64,000 nucleotides of DNA from Pseudomonadota bacterium (GTDB lineage: Bacteria; Pseudomonadota; Gammaproteobacteria; Steroidobacterales; Woeseiaceae). The notes under the pieces are model-generated. The model was given only the letters and a program-made list of their open reading frames with translations, was not told where the DNA came from and searched no databases. The stretch lies in assembly GCA_039027435.1 (NCBI GenBank), contig JBCCKF010000002.1:259009-323008 (forward strand), read 5' to 3'. Shown one piece after another: positions 42,501 to 53,193 of this stretch. Every line of letters starts with the position of its first letter. Within the stretch, counting starts at the first letter, position 1. Both the position numbers and the translations under genes were made by a program.

Positions 42501-43129
42501 CAGACGGACTCCGGCTCGCGTATTGCACGGCGCACAGGCGCAAAACTGGTACGGTGAATCGGACACGGTCCGAGTCTTGCCAGCGCCGCCATATGGGCTT
42601 TGGTCCCATATCCCTTGTGGCTCGCAAACCCGTAGTCAGGCCACTGGCTGTCGTAGGCAATCATCATGTCGTCGCGTGTGGTCTTGGCCAATATGGAGGC
42701 TGCCGCGATACTCGCATCGCGTGCGTCTCCGGATACCAATGGTACCCAATGGGCTGCGATCCGCCGCTCCGCCGGGGGCAACTGATTGCCATCGACACGT
42801 ACTTCGGCAGGAACCAGACCGAGATTTTCCACCGCCGCCGCCATGGCACCTAGAGTACACGCCAGAATGTTCTCTGCATCCACCGCTTGCGCATCTCGAA
42901 TCTCGATGCGATACGCCAGTGCTTGTCCTCGGATCGTATGGGCAAGCGCCTCTCGGCGCGAAGCGCTGAGTCGTTTGGAGTCCTGTAGACCGACGGGTAC
43001 ATGCGCAGGATCGAGCACCACCGCGGCCACAACAACAGGTCCTGCCAGAGGGCCGCGCCCGGCTTCATCAACGCCGGCGATCCACCCGTCATGTGTCGCA
43101 GGCAACAGTCCTAAGCTCACCTGCTTCAT
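42500..43129 (-). CDS. rnhB: ribonuclease HII
   Basis: 209 aa. AGVDEAGRGPLAGPVV, DSKRLS. Confidence 0.9.
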   Translation of the reverse strand: MKQVSLGLLPATHDGWIAGVDEAGRGPLAGPVVVAAVVLDPAHVPVGLQDSKRLSASRREALAHTIRGQALAYRIEIRDAQAVDAENILACTLGAMAAAVENLGLVPAEVRVDGNQLPPAERRIAAHWVPLVSGDARDASIAAASILAKTTRDDMMIAYDSQWPDYGFASHKGYGTKAHMAALARLGPCPIHRTSFAPVRRAIREPESV

Positions 43130-44304
43130 TCCTCACGCCCCTGGGCAAGCTCACTCACGACCTTGGCCGCGCGCGTATTCGCATCGACTGCCAAACGTAT
43201 GCGCACTTGCTCGAACTCAGCGAGAAGGGACGTACGCGCCGGGTTATCGCCGAACCAGGGCCGCAATGCCGCACTCGCGCTCTCGGGCGTCAATGCGTCT
43301 TGCACCAATTCAGGCACCAACGGCTCTGTGGTCAGCAGATTGGGCAACGAAAAGTGCGTCAGCTTGATCAGGTTAAACATCCGCACAATGCGCGACGTCG
43401 AGGGTGACACACGGTAACCAACCACCATAGGCTTGCCGTGCAATAGTCCCTCAAGGGTCGCGGTTCCCGAGGCAAGAAGTAATGCATCGGCTGCCGCCAT
43501 GCAGTCATCAGCATCCCCCACGGATACGCGGAAGTTGCCTTGGCGGATTGCGTCTCCCGCCACCTCGCGGAAGGCAGCTTCGCCAGAAGCACTCGCCAGC
43601 GGCACACACACCTGCAAGTGCTCAACGCGTTGCTGAGTCAACCGTGCAGCTTCCGCAAAGTCCGAGCCGAGTCTTGAAATTTCGCCGCGCCGCGAACCGG
43701 GCAGGACGGTGAGTACAGGCTTATCGGGGTCGAGGCCCAATGCACGCCGAGGCACGGCGGTATCGGAAACCGGTCGAATGTCCTGCGCCAGCGGGTGACC
43801 CACGAATGTCGCGGCCACACGGTGTTTTTCGTAAAACGCAGGTTCGAAAGGCAACAAGCACATCACGTGGTCACAGGCCTTTGCGATTGTCTTCACACGG
43901 CCCTCTCGCCAGGCCCAAACCGACGGACTGACATACTGCACCGTACGAAGACCACGACCGCGCAGTCGCTTCGCCAACCCCAGATTGAAGTCCGGCGCGT
44001 CGATACCCACAAAAACGTCCGGCTTAGCTGCGAGGAACCTCTCGACCAACGACCTGCGTAACTTCAGCAATCGAGGAAGATGCTTCAAGACCTCAGTCAG
44101 ACCCATAACGGCAAGGGCCTCCGCATCTTCCCAGCACTCAAGTCCTGCGGCGCGCATTTTCTCCCCGCCGACGCCGACGAATTCGCACTGTGGATGCGCT
44201 TCGCGGAGCGCCTGCATAAGGCCCGCGCCTAGCGTGTCGCCCGAGTGCTCACCGGCGACCAGTCCTATTTTGAGTCTTGACGGGCTTGCGTTCACCGCAA
44301 GCAC
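43126..44304 (-). CDS. lpxB: lipid-A-disaccharide synthase
   Basis: 392 aa. IGLVAGEHSGDTLGAGL and YVSPSVWAWR. Sits in the lpxA-lpxB-rnhB order. Confidence 0.9.
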   Translation of the reverse strand: MLAVNASPSRLKIGLVAGEHSGDTLGAGLMQALREAHPQCEFVGVGGEKMRAAGLECWEDAEALAVMGLTEVLKHLPRLLKLRRSLVERFLAAKPDVFVGIDAPDFNLGLAKRLRGRGLRTVQYVSPSVWAWREGRVKTIAKACDHVMCLLPFEPAFYEKHRVAATFVGHPLAQDIRPVSDTAVPRRALGLDPDKPVLTVLPGSRRGEISRLGSDFAEAARLTQQRVEHLQVCVPLASASGEAAFREVAGDAIRQGNFRVSVGDADDCMAAADALLLASGTATLEGLLHGKPMVVGYRVSPSTSRIVRMFNLIKLTHFSLPNLLTTEPLVPELVQDALTPESASAALRPWFGDNPARTSLLAEFEQVRIRLAVDANTRAAKVVSELAQGREE

Positions 44305-44306
44305 CC

Positions 44307-45083
44307 TTAGCGCACGATGCTGCGACTGCTGTCGGTGATCGATTCGAGCAGAGGAGCGAGTTCAGGTTGCTCAGCCACACGCTCAGCAATCGCCTCACGC
44401 GCTTCCTCCAGTCTCAGCTGGCTGCGATAGAGCAACTTATAGCCATCGCGGATGTTGCGAATCTGATCACGGTCAAATCCGCGTCGCTTGAGACCCTCGA
44501 CGTTCACACCTCTCGGCTCAGCCGGCGTCCCCATCACCATCACATAGGCCGGGACGTCTTTGCCAATGCCGGCATACATACCCATGAAACTGTGTGGCCC
44601 GATACGACAGAACTGGTGCGCACCGGAGAAACCGCCAAAAATCGCCCAGTCGCCGACATGCACGTGTCCGGCGAGGGTCGCATTGTTGGCGAGGATTACG
44701 TTGTCGCCCACCATGCAGTCATGAGCGATGTGCACATAGGACATGATCCAATTGTCGCTGCCGACAACGGTGATTCCTGCGTCCTGAATCGTGCCCCGAT
44801 TGATGGTTGTGCACTCTCGAATTGTGTTGCGATCGCCGATCCGCAGTTTCGTCGGTTCCGCGTCGTATTTCTTATCCTGTGGCGCACCGCCGAGCGCGAC
44901 GAAAGGATGAATTTCGTTGTCCTCGCCGATCTCACACGGACCCTCAACAACAACGTGCGAGTGCAATTTGGTACCTGCGCCAATCCTGACATCCGCGCCA
45001 ATGACGCTATACGGACCGACCACCACGGAATCAGCGAGCTCCGCGTCGTCATGAACAATCGCGCTCGGATGGATATTGCCTGT
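44307..45083 (-). CDS. lpxA: acyl-ACP--UDP-N-acetylglucosamine O-acyltransferase
   Basis: Hexapeptide repeats starting at MTGNIHPSAIVHDDAEL. ATG 45083; the ORF-track start 45125 overlaps fabZ. Confidence 0.9.
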   Translation of the reverse strand, partial: TGNIHPSAIVHDDAELADSVVVGPYSVIGADVRIGAGTKLHSHVVVEGPCEIGEDNEIHPFVALGGAPQDKKYDAEPTKLRIGDRNTIRECTTINRGTIQDAGITVVGSDNWIMSYVHIAHDCMVGDNVILANNATLAGHVHVGDWAIFGGFSGAHQFCRIGPHSFMGMYAGIGKDVPAYVMVMGTPAEPRGVNVEGLKRRGFDRDQIRNIRDGYKLLYRSQLRLEEAREAIAERVAEQPELAPLLESITDSSRSIVR

Positions 45084-45090
45084 CATTCCC

Positions 45091-45549
45091 TCAAGCCTCG
45101 CCCGGCGCACACATGAGTTCCGCACTCGCGACGACTTTCCCGTCGACCAAAGCCTCGGCAGAGAATCGCCAAACCGTACGAATTCGCCGAATGAGTTTTA
45201 CCTCGAGCTGAAGTTGATCGCCGGGCTCAACGGGCTTGCGAAACCGCGCCTTGTCGATGCCAACAAAATAGTAGAGTGTGCCCTCGCCCGGTGCCTCGCC
45301 TACCGTTGCGAATGCCAGGATTCCTGTCGCCTGAGCGAGCGCCTCGATGATCAGCACTCCCGGCATTACCGGACGACCCGGGAAATGCCCCTGGAAAAAC
45401 GGCTCGTTAAACGTCACGTTCTTGATCGCGGATGCGGATTCGCCGGGCACACATGAGTGCACGCGATCGATCAGCAGAAACGGGTATCGGTGTGGAATCA
45501 ACGCCATGATTTGGCGGATATCCAACTGCTCGGCAATGTTTTCGCTCAT
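45091..45549 (-). CDS. fabZ: 3-hydroxyacyl-ACP dehydratase FabZ
   Basis: 152 aa. [29 protein letters not shown]. Confidence 0.95.
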   Translation of the reverse strand: MSENIAEQLDIRQIMALIPHRYPFLLIDRVHSCVPGESASAIKNVTFNEPFFQGHFPGRPVMPGVLIIEALAQATGILAFATVGEAPGEGTLYYFVGIDKARFRKPVEPGDQLQLEVKLIRRIRTVWRFSAEALVDGKVVASAELMCAPGEA

Positions 45550-46574
45550 GATTTGTCCTTATCAGCCAGGGCCCGGTCCAGCGCCTTGACCTGTCGCGCG
45601 AGCGTATCAAGTTTGCGGAATCTCGCCACACTACGCTGGTGGTTGCGGATATCGTCGTGTGGGAATACCCCGCCATAGGTGCCAGGCGTTTCGATATCGG
45701 AGGTCACAGTACAACGCGCCGTAATCACCACGCCATCGGTGATCGTGAGATGTCCCGTCGTTCCGCTGTTGCCACCGAAAGCACAATTGCTGCCAATCGT
45801 GGTCGAACCGGCAATACCCACCATACCGGCCATCACCGTATGCTCACCGATAATGCAGTTGTGACCGATCTGTATCTGGTTATCGAGTTTGACGCCATTG
45901 CCGATGATCGTTGGCTCTATCGCGCCTCTGTCGATACTGGTGCACGCGCCAACATCCACATCATCGCCGATTCTGACACCGCCAACCTGCGGCACCGGCT
46001 CCCATCCCTCCGGACCGCGAGCGATGCCGAAACCGTCGCTGCCGATCACCGCACCAGGATGCACCACGCACCGGTCGCCCAAATGCACATCGGCCATCAG
46101 CGTAACGTTAGGTCCGATCCAACAATCGCGTCCGATCTTCGCTCCGGATCCGACGTATGTGCCAGCCCCAATGCTTGAGCCCGCCCCTATCGAGGCTTCC
46201 GCATCAACGACGACACCGGCCGCAATGGAAGCCTCGTCAGACACACTGGCATCGGAATCGATGACTGCGGCTTTATGAATGCCAGGCGCGGGTGATTGTC
46301 GTGGGTGCAGCAGGCGCGCCATGCGCGCATAGATCAGATAAGGGTCCTGTGCAACTATCGCTGTGCCGGCTACCGCCTCCGCGTGCTCCTCGGCAACCAC
46401 GATAGCCGTGGCTACGGAATCATCAAGATACTTTCTGTAGGCGGGGTTCGCGAGAAAGGAAAGCGAGCGCTCTCCGGCGCGTCGAAGCGTGGCCACGTGA
46501 TCGACTACCGCATCGGGGTCCCCCACGATACTGCAGCCGAACTTCACGGCAAGCTCACCAACCTTCAGACGCAT
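45546..46574 (-). CDS. lpxD: UDP-3-O-acylglucosamine N-acyltransferase
   Basis: 342 aa with left-handed beta-helix hexapeptide repeats. Sits in the skp-lpxD-fabZ order. Confidence 0.9.
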   Translation of the reverse strand: MRLKVGELAVKFGCSIVGDPDAVVDHVATLRRAGERSLSFLANPAYRKYLDDSVATAIVVAEEHAEAVAGTAIVAQDPYLIYARMARLLHPRQSPAPGIHKAAVIDSDASVSDEASIAAGVVVDAEASIGAGSSIGAGTYVGSGAKIGRDCWIGPNVTLMADVHLGDRCVVHPGAVIGSDGFGIARGPEGWEPVPQVGGVRIGDDVDVGACTSIDRGAIEPTIIGNGVKLDNQIQIGHNCIIGEHTVMAGMVGIAGSTTIGSNCAFGGNSGTTGHLTITDGVVITARCTVTSDIETPGTYGGVFPHDDIRNHQRSVARFRKLDTLARQVKALDRALADKDKS

Positions 46575-46585
46575 GATGCGATCGA

Positions 46586-47101
46586 TCAGTTGCCCTGCTT
46601 CGCCTGCAGTTGTTCCAGTATCTGTCCTGTAACGTTCATGCGACCGCTGGCGAAAATCACACCCTCTCCGACGATGAGGTCAAATCCGTTCTCCGTCGCG
46701 AACGCTTCGATCTCCTGAAGCAACATGCGCTGCAGCTTTCCGAGCTCCTCATTGCGGCGTAGGTTGATATCTTCGTTGTATTCCTGGCCAAGACGTTCCA
46801 CTTCACGCTGAACATCACGCAGGTCACGTTGCATATTGCGCAGTTCGGTCTCGCCCATAACAGCGGCATCGCGCTGTGCTTTTTCCTGCAGCGCTTTCAA
46901 CTCTTCTTCCTTGGCACGAACGGTGCGCTCGCGAGGTGCGAATTCTTCCTGCAGAGCCTCGAGAGTGGCTTTGGTTTGTGGCGCAGCCTGCAACAGACCC
47001 TGCACGTTGACCACACCAATCTTGAGCTCCTGTGCCTGTGCGGTTGCACTCAGCGCGAGCGCGACCACAAGCGCTGTCGCGCTGATCATTTTCTTGTACA
47101 T
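46586..47101 (-). CDS. skp: periplasmic chaperone Skp (OmpH)
   Basis: 171 aa with a signal peptide and a coiled-coil rich in E/K/Q/R. Lies downstream of bamA. Confidence 0.85.
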   Translation of the reverse strand: MYKKMISATALVVALALSATAQAQELKIGVVNVQGLLQAAPQTKATLEALQEEFAPRERTVRAKEEELKALQEKAQRDAAVMGETELRNMQRDLRDVQREVERLGQEYNEDINLRRNEELGKLQRMLLQEIEAFATENGFDLIVGEGVIFASGRMNVTGQILEQLQAKQGN

Positions 47102-47113
47102 CGAGGAATCCCC

Positions 47114-49543
47114 TTAGAATGCATTACCAATTGTAAACTGGAAGCGCTCCACTCGGTCACCATAGAGTCTGGTGGTTCCGCCGAAGTCATTGAGCGGGAA
47201 CGCATAACTGAATCGGAACAAGCCAAGTGGTGCCAACCACTCCACGCCAATACCGACGGATTGTTTCAGGTTGTCAACATCGAAACCATAGTCGATGGGG
47301 TCGCCGCCCAGGCGATCCGTGAATGCCACTTCGCCGTTGCTGAATATATTACCAACATCATAGAAAAGAACGGCGCGGCCTTGACCACGGAATTTCTCCG
47401 GCACTGGTAGCACCAATTCGACCTGTGCGTTAACGAGAATATTCCCGCCGTAGGGTCGACCAAAGCTATCGCGAGGCCCGAGGTCGAACTCTCGGAAACC
47501 GCGCACCGATCCTGGACCGCCCAACCGGTACAGCTTGTACGGCGGCAGTGCCGTGGTATCTCCGAGGCCCTCTCCGAAGGCGAGCTCCGTGGAGACCTGC
47601 AGTCCGAACTGACCCCACAGTGGAATCAGGTTCAAACCTTCATATCTAGCCGTCCAGTACTCCACGTCCGAGCCAGGCACCGAATAGGCGAAGGTAGCGC
47701 GATGGCGTTGCCCACGCGTAGCGAACAACGCGCGGTTGCGAGAATCAAACGACCAACCTGCAATCAGCTCATAAGTCGTGAAATCGCTGGTGAAAACGGT
47801 GAGCTCATCGCCAAGGAATCCACCATCAATATCGTTGTTGAAGTTGGTGTCGCCGTTCTGAACGATCCAGTCGATCGCCTGCTGGGTACTGAACCCCTCG
47901 GTCGCAACCAGTCTTGCCTGCTGAAGGGCAACGCCGAGACTTAGGCTCTGAAATTCGGTGATCGGATATGCGTACTCAAGCGCCGCAGTAATGGTCTCCG
48001 TCGAGAGATCGGAGGATTGATCGTTGAACTGATCGAAATTCCTGAACGCCAGCGTCGCCGTTCGTCGGACCCCGTCGATGGTCGTGTAGGGATCGGTATG
48101 CGAGAGACTGTAAACGCGCTGGAACTGACTCGAGTTAATCTCCGCGGATACTCGGTTACCCGACCCCATGAAATTGGTGTGTGTAAAGTTGCCGTTCAGC
48201 AAGACACCCTGCGTCTCAGACCAGCCGATGCCACCACCGAACTGCCCCGGCAATCCGTACTCGAGATCAAAATTGACGTCGACCAGGTCTTCACTGCCGG
48301 GAACCGGAACCGTCTCGAACTCAACAGTTTGCAGATACGGAAGCTGCTGTAGTCGAATCTTCGATCGATCGAGCAAGCGATTCGACAGATAAGCACCTTC
48401 CATCTGGCGGATTTCGCGGCGGAGTACTTCGTCATTGACTTCATCGATACCGTCGAAACTGATGTTTCGAACGTACATTCGATTTCTCGGCTCGACGAAG
48501 ATAGTGACATCCACTGTCTTGTCTTCCGTGTCCAGTTCGGGAATGAAGTCGACCTGCGACTCGGCATAACCATCGGCGCCAAGGCGCAAACCGATCAGCT
48601 CGGTGGACTGCGTCAACAAGCGCTGGTTGAAGGTGTCACCGGGCTTGATACGAATGAAGTTTCGTAGCACCTCTTCGTCCACCACCATCTTGCCGGCCAT
48701 GCGCACCTCGCCGATGGTGTAGACCTCACCCTCTTCAACATTGAGCGTGATGAACACATCTTCACGATCGGGCGATATGGTGACCTGCGTCGAAGTCACC
48801 CGAAAATCGGCATAGCCCCGGTCAAGATAATAGGACGACAGTGTCTCGATATCGCCGGTCAGCGCCTCTCGCGAATAGCGATCGTCCTGGCGGATAAAAG
48901 ACAACCAGTTCGGCGTCTTGAGTGACATCTCATCGCGAAGCTCACTGTCCTTGAACAGTTTGTTGCCGACGATATTGATCTGGCGAATCCGTGCGCGCTG
49001 CCCTTCTTTCACATCGATAAAGACGGCGACCGCGTTGTTGTCTCGATCCTCGACCCGGGTATCGACCTGGACACCATATTTGCCGCGGCTGTAATACTGC
49101 TCAACCAGGAACTGGCTCACTTCATCGAGCACAGAGCGGTTAAACGTCTTACCGCGTGCCAGTCCCACACCACGCAGTGACTCGGTCAAGTCTTCGGTCT
49201 TGATGTCCTTGTTGCCGTCGATAGTGAACTGTTCGATCGACGGCCGTTCTTTCACCACGACGACGAGCGTACTACCTTCACGTCGCATCTCGATCGAGTC
49301 AAACAGTTCTTGACTGTAGAGTGCGCGAATCGCCTCACGGATACGGACCTCGTCAACGACATCTCCGATGTTGATCGGCAAGTAATTGAAAACCGTACCG
49401 TCCGAAATACGCTGCAATCCGTCGACACGCATATTGCGTACTTCAAACGGTTCCGCAATCGCAGCCGTCGACCAAACGGTCAACAGCAGCAAAACGACGC
49501 TGACACATTGACGAATCTTGCAGTGGATCATTGAACCGCTCAT
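47114..49543 (-). CDS. bamA: outer membrane protein assembly factor BamA
   Basis: 809 aa with a signal peptide, POTRA repeats (VRNMRVDGLQRIS...) and a C-terminal beta-barrel ending ...FQFTIGNAF. Confidence 0.95.
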   Translation of the reverse strand: MSGSMIHCKIRQCVSVVLLLLTVWSTAAIAEPFEVRNMRVDGLQRISDGTVFNYLPINIGDVVDEVRIREAIRALYSQELFDSIEMRREGSTLVVVVKERPSIEQFTIDGNKDIKTEDLTESLRGVGLARGKTFNRSVLDEVSQFLVEQYYSRGKYGVQVDTRVEDRDNNAVAVFIDVKEGQRARIRQINIVGNKLFKDSELRDEMSLKTPNWLSFIRQDDRYSREALTGDIETLSSYYLDRGYADFRVTSTQVTISPDREDVFITLNVEEGEVYTIGEVRMAGKMVVDEEVLRNFIRIKPGDTFNQRLLTQSTELIGLRLGADGYAESQVDFIPELDTEDKTVDVTIFVEPRNRMYVRNISFDGIDEVNDEVLRREIRQMEGAYLSNRLLDRSKIRLQQLPYLQTVEFETVPVPGSEDLVDVNFDLEYGLPGQFGGGIGWSETQGVLLNGNFTHTNFMGSGNRVSAEINSSQFQRVYSLSHTDPYTTIDGVRRTATLAFRNFDQFNDQSSDLSTETITAALEYAYPITEFQSLSLGVALQQARLVATEGFSTQQAIDWIVQNGDTNFNNDIDGGFLGDELTVFTSDFTTYELIAGWSFDSRNRALFATRGQRHRATFAYSVPGSDVEYWTARYEGLNLIPLWGQFGLQVSTELAFGEGLGDTTALPPYKLYRLGGPGSVRGFREFDLGPRDSFGRPYGGNILVNAQVELVLPVPEKFRGQGRAVLFYDVGNIFSNGEVAFTDRLGGDPIDYGFDVDNLKQSVGIGVEWLAPLGLFRFSYAFPLNDFGGTTRLYGDRVERFQFTIGNAF

Positions 49544-49550
49544 TGGCCGA

Positions 49551-50918
49551 CTAACTCAGAACGCGCTCGACGATGCGAGCAATGTCGTTATAAAACGCGA
49601 GACTCATGAAGCCGAGCAAAAGCACAACACCCACTTGCTGGTAGGCGATCTGCCAGCGCTCGGAAACCGGCTTGCCGGTTGCACCTTCGACCGTCTGGTA
49701 GACAATTTGTCCGCCATCCAGCATCGGGATCGGCAACAGATTCAACACGCCAAGACTTACGCTCACGATCGCAAGAAAGTCGAGATAGTCAACGAACCCT
49801 CGCTTCAGAGTTTCTCCAGCGTATTCTGCGATATTGATCGGACCGCTAATGTTCTTCGCCGATACCGAACCCGTCAGCATTCGACCGAACATTTCCAGCG
49901 TGAAGCCGATCTTGTCCCACGTCGTCGCCACTGCTTCAGGAATCGCTGCCCCTGCGGTGAGCTTCTTGATGCCATAGAGATTGACGGGCTGAGTATCTCC
50001 CGGCAACAAACCCACTTGCGGGCGTGATCCAGCCTTGTCGGTAACCACATCAGGCGTTACCGCGAGGAACAACGACTGTCCGTCACGCAAGACTTCGAAT
50101 TCCCGTTGTCGGGGCGCATCCTTAACTCGAATTTGATCAACAACGTCGCTCCAAGTCGGAGTCAAAACCTGGTCGATAGCGACAATTTCATCACCCGGGA
50201 TAAGTCCTGCAGCGGCGCCTGCAGACCCTTCGGAAACAACGCCGACTCGCGAGTTTGGCGTCCAGGGTCGCATTCCGATTCCATCAAACAGCTTTCCAGG
50301 TTTGGCGAGTCTTGCGGTCTCGTCATCGACTCGGACCACCACCGGAAACGGGTCAGCCGTGCCGCGCTCGATCATCATCGGGATCTCGCCGTCTCCGACC
50401 AACTCGTCCACCAGCACCTGGATACCATCCTGCCAACTGTCGATATGGCGACCACCTATATCGACGATCACGTCGTTGCGTTGCAGGCCCGCAATATCCG
50501 CCGGGGAGCCCGGTGTCACAACACCCACAACAGGGCGTGTTGCCGCTGCACCGAGCACAAAAATCAGCCAGTAGGCGGCAATAGCAAATATGAAGTTAAA
50601 GGCTGGGCCGGCGAACAGGACGGCAATGCGTTGCCACACCGGTTGCGCTGTAAAGGTACGATGAGCATCAGCGGCAGGCACGTTACCTTCGCGGTCATCG
50701 AGCATCTTCACGTAGCCACCAATGGGCAGCGCGCTCAATGCATATTCGGTCTGGTCCGGTCCGGCCTTACGCGTCCAAAGCACCTTGCCCCAACCTACCG
50801 AAAAGCGCAGGACCTTGATGCCACACATGCGCGCGACGATGAAATGTCCATATTCGTGGACCACCACCAGAAGACTGATGGTGAGCGCGAGCGACAGTGC
50901 GAAATATAAAACACTCAT
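49551..50918 (-). CDS. rseP: sigma-E protease RseP (site-2 zinc metalloprotease)
   Basis: 455 aa. HEYGHF zinc motif, two PDZ-like segments, and the NLLPIPMLDGG motif. Confidence 0.9.
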   Translation of the reverse strand: MSVLYFALSLALTISLLVVVHEYGHFIVARMCGIKVLRFSVGWGKVLWTRKAGPDQTEYALSALPIGGYVKMLDDREGNVPAADAHRTFTAQPVWQRIAVLFAGPAFNFIFAIAAYWLIFVLGAAATRPVVGVVTPGSPADIAGLQRNDVIVDIGGRHIDSWQDGIQVLVDELVGDGEIPMMIERGTADPFPVVVRVDDETARLAKPGKLFDGIGMRPWTPNSRVGVVSEGSAGAAAGLIPGDEIVAIDQVLTPTWSDVVDQIRVKDAPRQREFEVLRDGQSLFLAVTPDVVTDKAGSRPQVGLLPGDTQPVNLYGIKKLTAGAAIPEAVATTWDKIGFTLEMFGRMLTGSVSAKNISGPINIAEYAGETLKRGFVDYLDFLAIVSVSLGVLNLLPIPMLDGGQIVYQTVEGATGKPVSERWQIAYQQVGVVLLLGFMSLAFYNDIARIVERVLS

Positions 50919-50945
50919 GTGTCGATTCCTGACCGTATCCGATTG

Positions 50946-50973
50946 TCAGACCATCTCAACGTCTCGGTGTTCC
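50946..50973 (-). promoter_or_regulatory. Candidate sigma-E promoter upstream of rseP: GGAACAC-N16-TCTGA
   Basis: The minus strand reads GGAACAC cgagacgttgagatgg TCTGA. The -35 is at 50967-50973 and the -10 at 50946-50950, ending 27 nt before ATG 50918. AGGA lies 8 nt upstream of the ATG. Confidence 0.45.
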
Positions 50974-51046
50974 CGACGCATGGCAACGGGTTTATCGAGC
51001 TGACGATGCGCATCATATCAGTCATCACGCTGGATACACCCCGGGG

Positions 51047-51859
51047 CTACCAGGGTCCGTGCCCAAACACCAACCCGGCCGTAAACAGTGCTGCGCCAGC
51101 GCTGATGCTATCGACACGATCAAGAATGCCGCCATGACCTGGGAACAAGGTGCCGGAGTCTTTAAGTCCAGCCTCCCGTTTGAAGAGACTGATCGTGAGG
51201 TCGCCTAGGATCGAAATCACAGCCGTAGCCAGGCACAGCGGCACGATCTGTTGCCACCCGATGGGGAAGAGCAACGTACCCGCGAACCCAACGACCGTAC
51301 TCAAACCAAGGCCACCGAAAACGCCCGCCCAGGTCTTGTTCGGACTGACTTTTGGTGCCAGTTTCGCGCCCCCAAATCGCTTACCAACGAAGTAGCCACC
51401 GACATCGGCTGCCCAGATAACGACCAATACGAACAGGAGCAGGATTGGACCTACCGATTCGCTGTTCGAGCCGAACCGCGCAAGCCCGTCCAGTGCTGCA
51501 AACATGGAGACCAACGTTACAGGCCCGCCCACCAGTACCAGTGCGCGCGCCACTCGAACCGGATAACTCATGACCAAACCGGCGGCAATTACCCACCAGA
51601 CACCCGCCGCGATCAGAACCTGGACGAAAACTGCGGGCGTCGCAAACCACCAATAGGCGGATGCACACGCGCCGATTAATCCCGCATAGGCAATTCGTGC
51701 AGCGCTGTTCTTGATTCGGGAAAGCGCGCCCCACTCCCACGCACTGGCGACCACCACAACCAGAATCACCGGCGAGATAAACCGAGCGGGCAATACGAAC
51801 AACACGACAAGAATCGCCGCGACCGCTGTCAGCGCGGAAATAAACCTGGCTAGCAGCAT
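51047..51859 (-). CDS. cdsA: phosphatidate cytidylyltransferase
   Basis: Multi-TM protein with the C-terminal SLFKREAGLKDSGTLFPGHGGILDRVDS signature. ATG 51859 lies 1 nt after the uppS stop. The ORF-track start 52039 overlaps uppS. Confidence 0.9.
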   Translation of the reverse strand: MLLARFISALTAVAAILVVLFVLPARFISPVILVVVVASAWEWGALSRIKNSAARIAYAGLIGACASAYWWFATPAVFVQVLIAAGVWWVIAAGLVMSYPVRVARALVLVGGPVTLVSMFAALDGLARFGSNSESVGPILLLFVLVVIWAADVGGYFVGKRFGGAKLAPKVSPNKTWAGVFGGLGLSTVVGFAGTLLFPIGWQQIVPLCLATAVISILGDLTISLFKREAGLKDSGTLFPGHGGILDRVDSISAGAALFTAGLVFGHGPW

Positions 51860-51860
51860 G

Positions 51861-52616
51861 TCAGCCCACTTCTTCCTGAGCGACCTCGGACACGTTACCG
51901 AAACGACGAGTGCGGTTGCCGTACCAGCCAATAGCTTCATCAAGGCAGTCCGAGTCGAAGTCGGGCCACAGAACATCACTGAAATACAGCTCTGAATACG
52001 CCATGTGCCAAAGCAGGAAATTGCTGACGCGCTTCTCACCGCCAGTGCGGATAACCAGATCCGGGTCCGGACCGTCAGCGAGCGTCATGGCAGCACCGAG
52101 TCTCTCTTCATCGATAGCCTCAGGCGCGATCGAGCCTTGTGCTACTTCCACTGCGAGGGCGCGTGCCGCCTCAACAATTTCCCAACGACCTCCATAGCCC
52201 ATCGCTACGTTCAGACGGAGTCCATCGTTGTCTCGCGTGAGCTGCTCGGCCTCGCTCATCGCCGTTTGCAGGCGCGGAGAAAGGCGCGAAAGATCGCCGA
52301 CAAACTTCAGGCTGACAGCGTTCTCATGCAACTCCGCAACTTCACGTTGCAAAGCATCGAGAAAGAGCTTCATAAGACCCGTGATTTCTGTAGCGGGCCG
52401 TTTCCAGTTCTCACTCGAAAAAGCGAACAAGGTGAGGTGACCGATGCCGAGCTCGCCCGCCCTGCGCACGGCAGCGCGGACTGATTTAACGCCCGACTTG
52501 TGCCCAAAGTGTCGGGGAAGTCCTCGTTGGCGTGCCCACCGACCGTTACCATCCATGACGATGGCAACGTGATCCGGCAGAACTGCCGGTGCGTGGATAT
52601 CATCGGTGGCCGTCAT
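51861..52616 (-). CDS. uppS: di-trans,poly-cis-undecaprenyl-diphosphate synthase
   Basis: 251 aa. HVAIVMDGNGRWA, LTLFAFSSENWKRP, IRTGGEKRVSNFLLW. Confidence 0.95.
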   Translation of the reverse strand: MTATDDIHAPAVLPDHVAIVMDGNGRWARQRGLPRHFGHKSGVKSVRAAVRRAGELGIGHLTLFAFSSENWKRPATEITGLMKLFLDALQREVAELHENAVSLKFVGDLSRLSPRLQTAMSEAEQLTRDNDGLRLNVAMGYGGRWEIVEAARALAVEVAQGSIAPEAIDEERLGAAMTLADGPDPDLVIRTGGEKRVSNFLLWHMAYSELYFSDVLWPDFDSDCLDEAIGWYGNRTRRFGNVSEVAQEEVG

Positions 52617-52625
52617 CGGTTCGCT

Positions 52626-53183
52626 CTAGAACTCCATCAATTCGGATTCTTTCTCCGCCAGCACTGCGTCCACTGCAGCGACATGCTTGTCGGTCATACC
52701 CTGGATCACATCACCGGCGCGACGTTCGTCGTCCTCACCGATTTCCTTTTCTTTCAGCAGTTCCTTGATGTCGCCCAACGCATCGCGACGAATGTTGCGA
52801 ATCGCAATGCGGCCATTCTCCGCCTCGTTGCGAACGACACGAATCATGTCTTTGCGGCGCTCTTCGGTGAGCGGCGGCAACGGCACGCGGATCACCGTTC
52901 CGGCAGTCGCAGGATTGAGTCCGAGGTCGGAATTCATGATCGCCTTTTCGACAGGTCCTACCATGTCTTTTTCCCATGGCGTGACTGTCAGCGTCCGCGC
53001 ATCCTCAACCCCGAGGTTGGATACCTGAGAAAGCGGGACCTCGGTACCGTAATACTCTACCGTGATGTGATCGAGCAAACTGGTATGCGCACGACCGGTA
53101 CGAATCTTCTGCATTTCGGTTCGCAGCGAGTCCACGCTCTTGCCCATGCGCTCGTCAGCATCCTGTTGAATTTCATCAATCAT
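52626..53183 (-). CDS. frr: ribosome recycling factor
   Basis: 185 aa. [14 protein letters not shown] and LTEERRKD motifs. Confidence 0.95.
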   Translation of the reverse strand: MIDEIQQDADERMGKSVDSLRTEMQKIRTGRAHTSLLDHITVEYYGTEVPLSQVSNLGVEDARTLTVTPWEKDMVGPVEKAIMNSDLGLNPATAGTVIRVPLPPLTEERRKDMIRVVRNEAENGRIAIRNIRRDALGDIKELLKEKEIGEDDERRAGDVIQGMTDKHVAAVDAVLAEKESELMEF

Positions 53184-53193
53184 GTTTCTTCTC

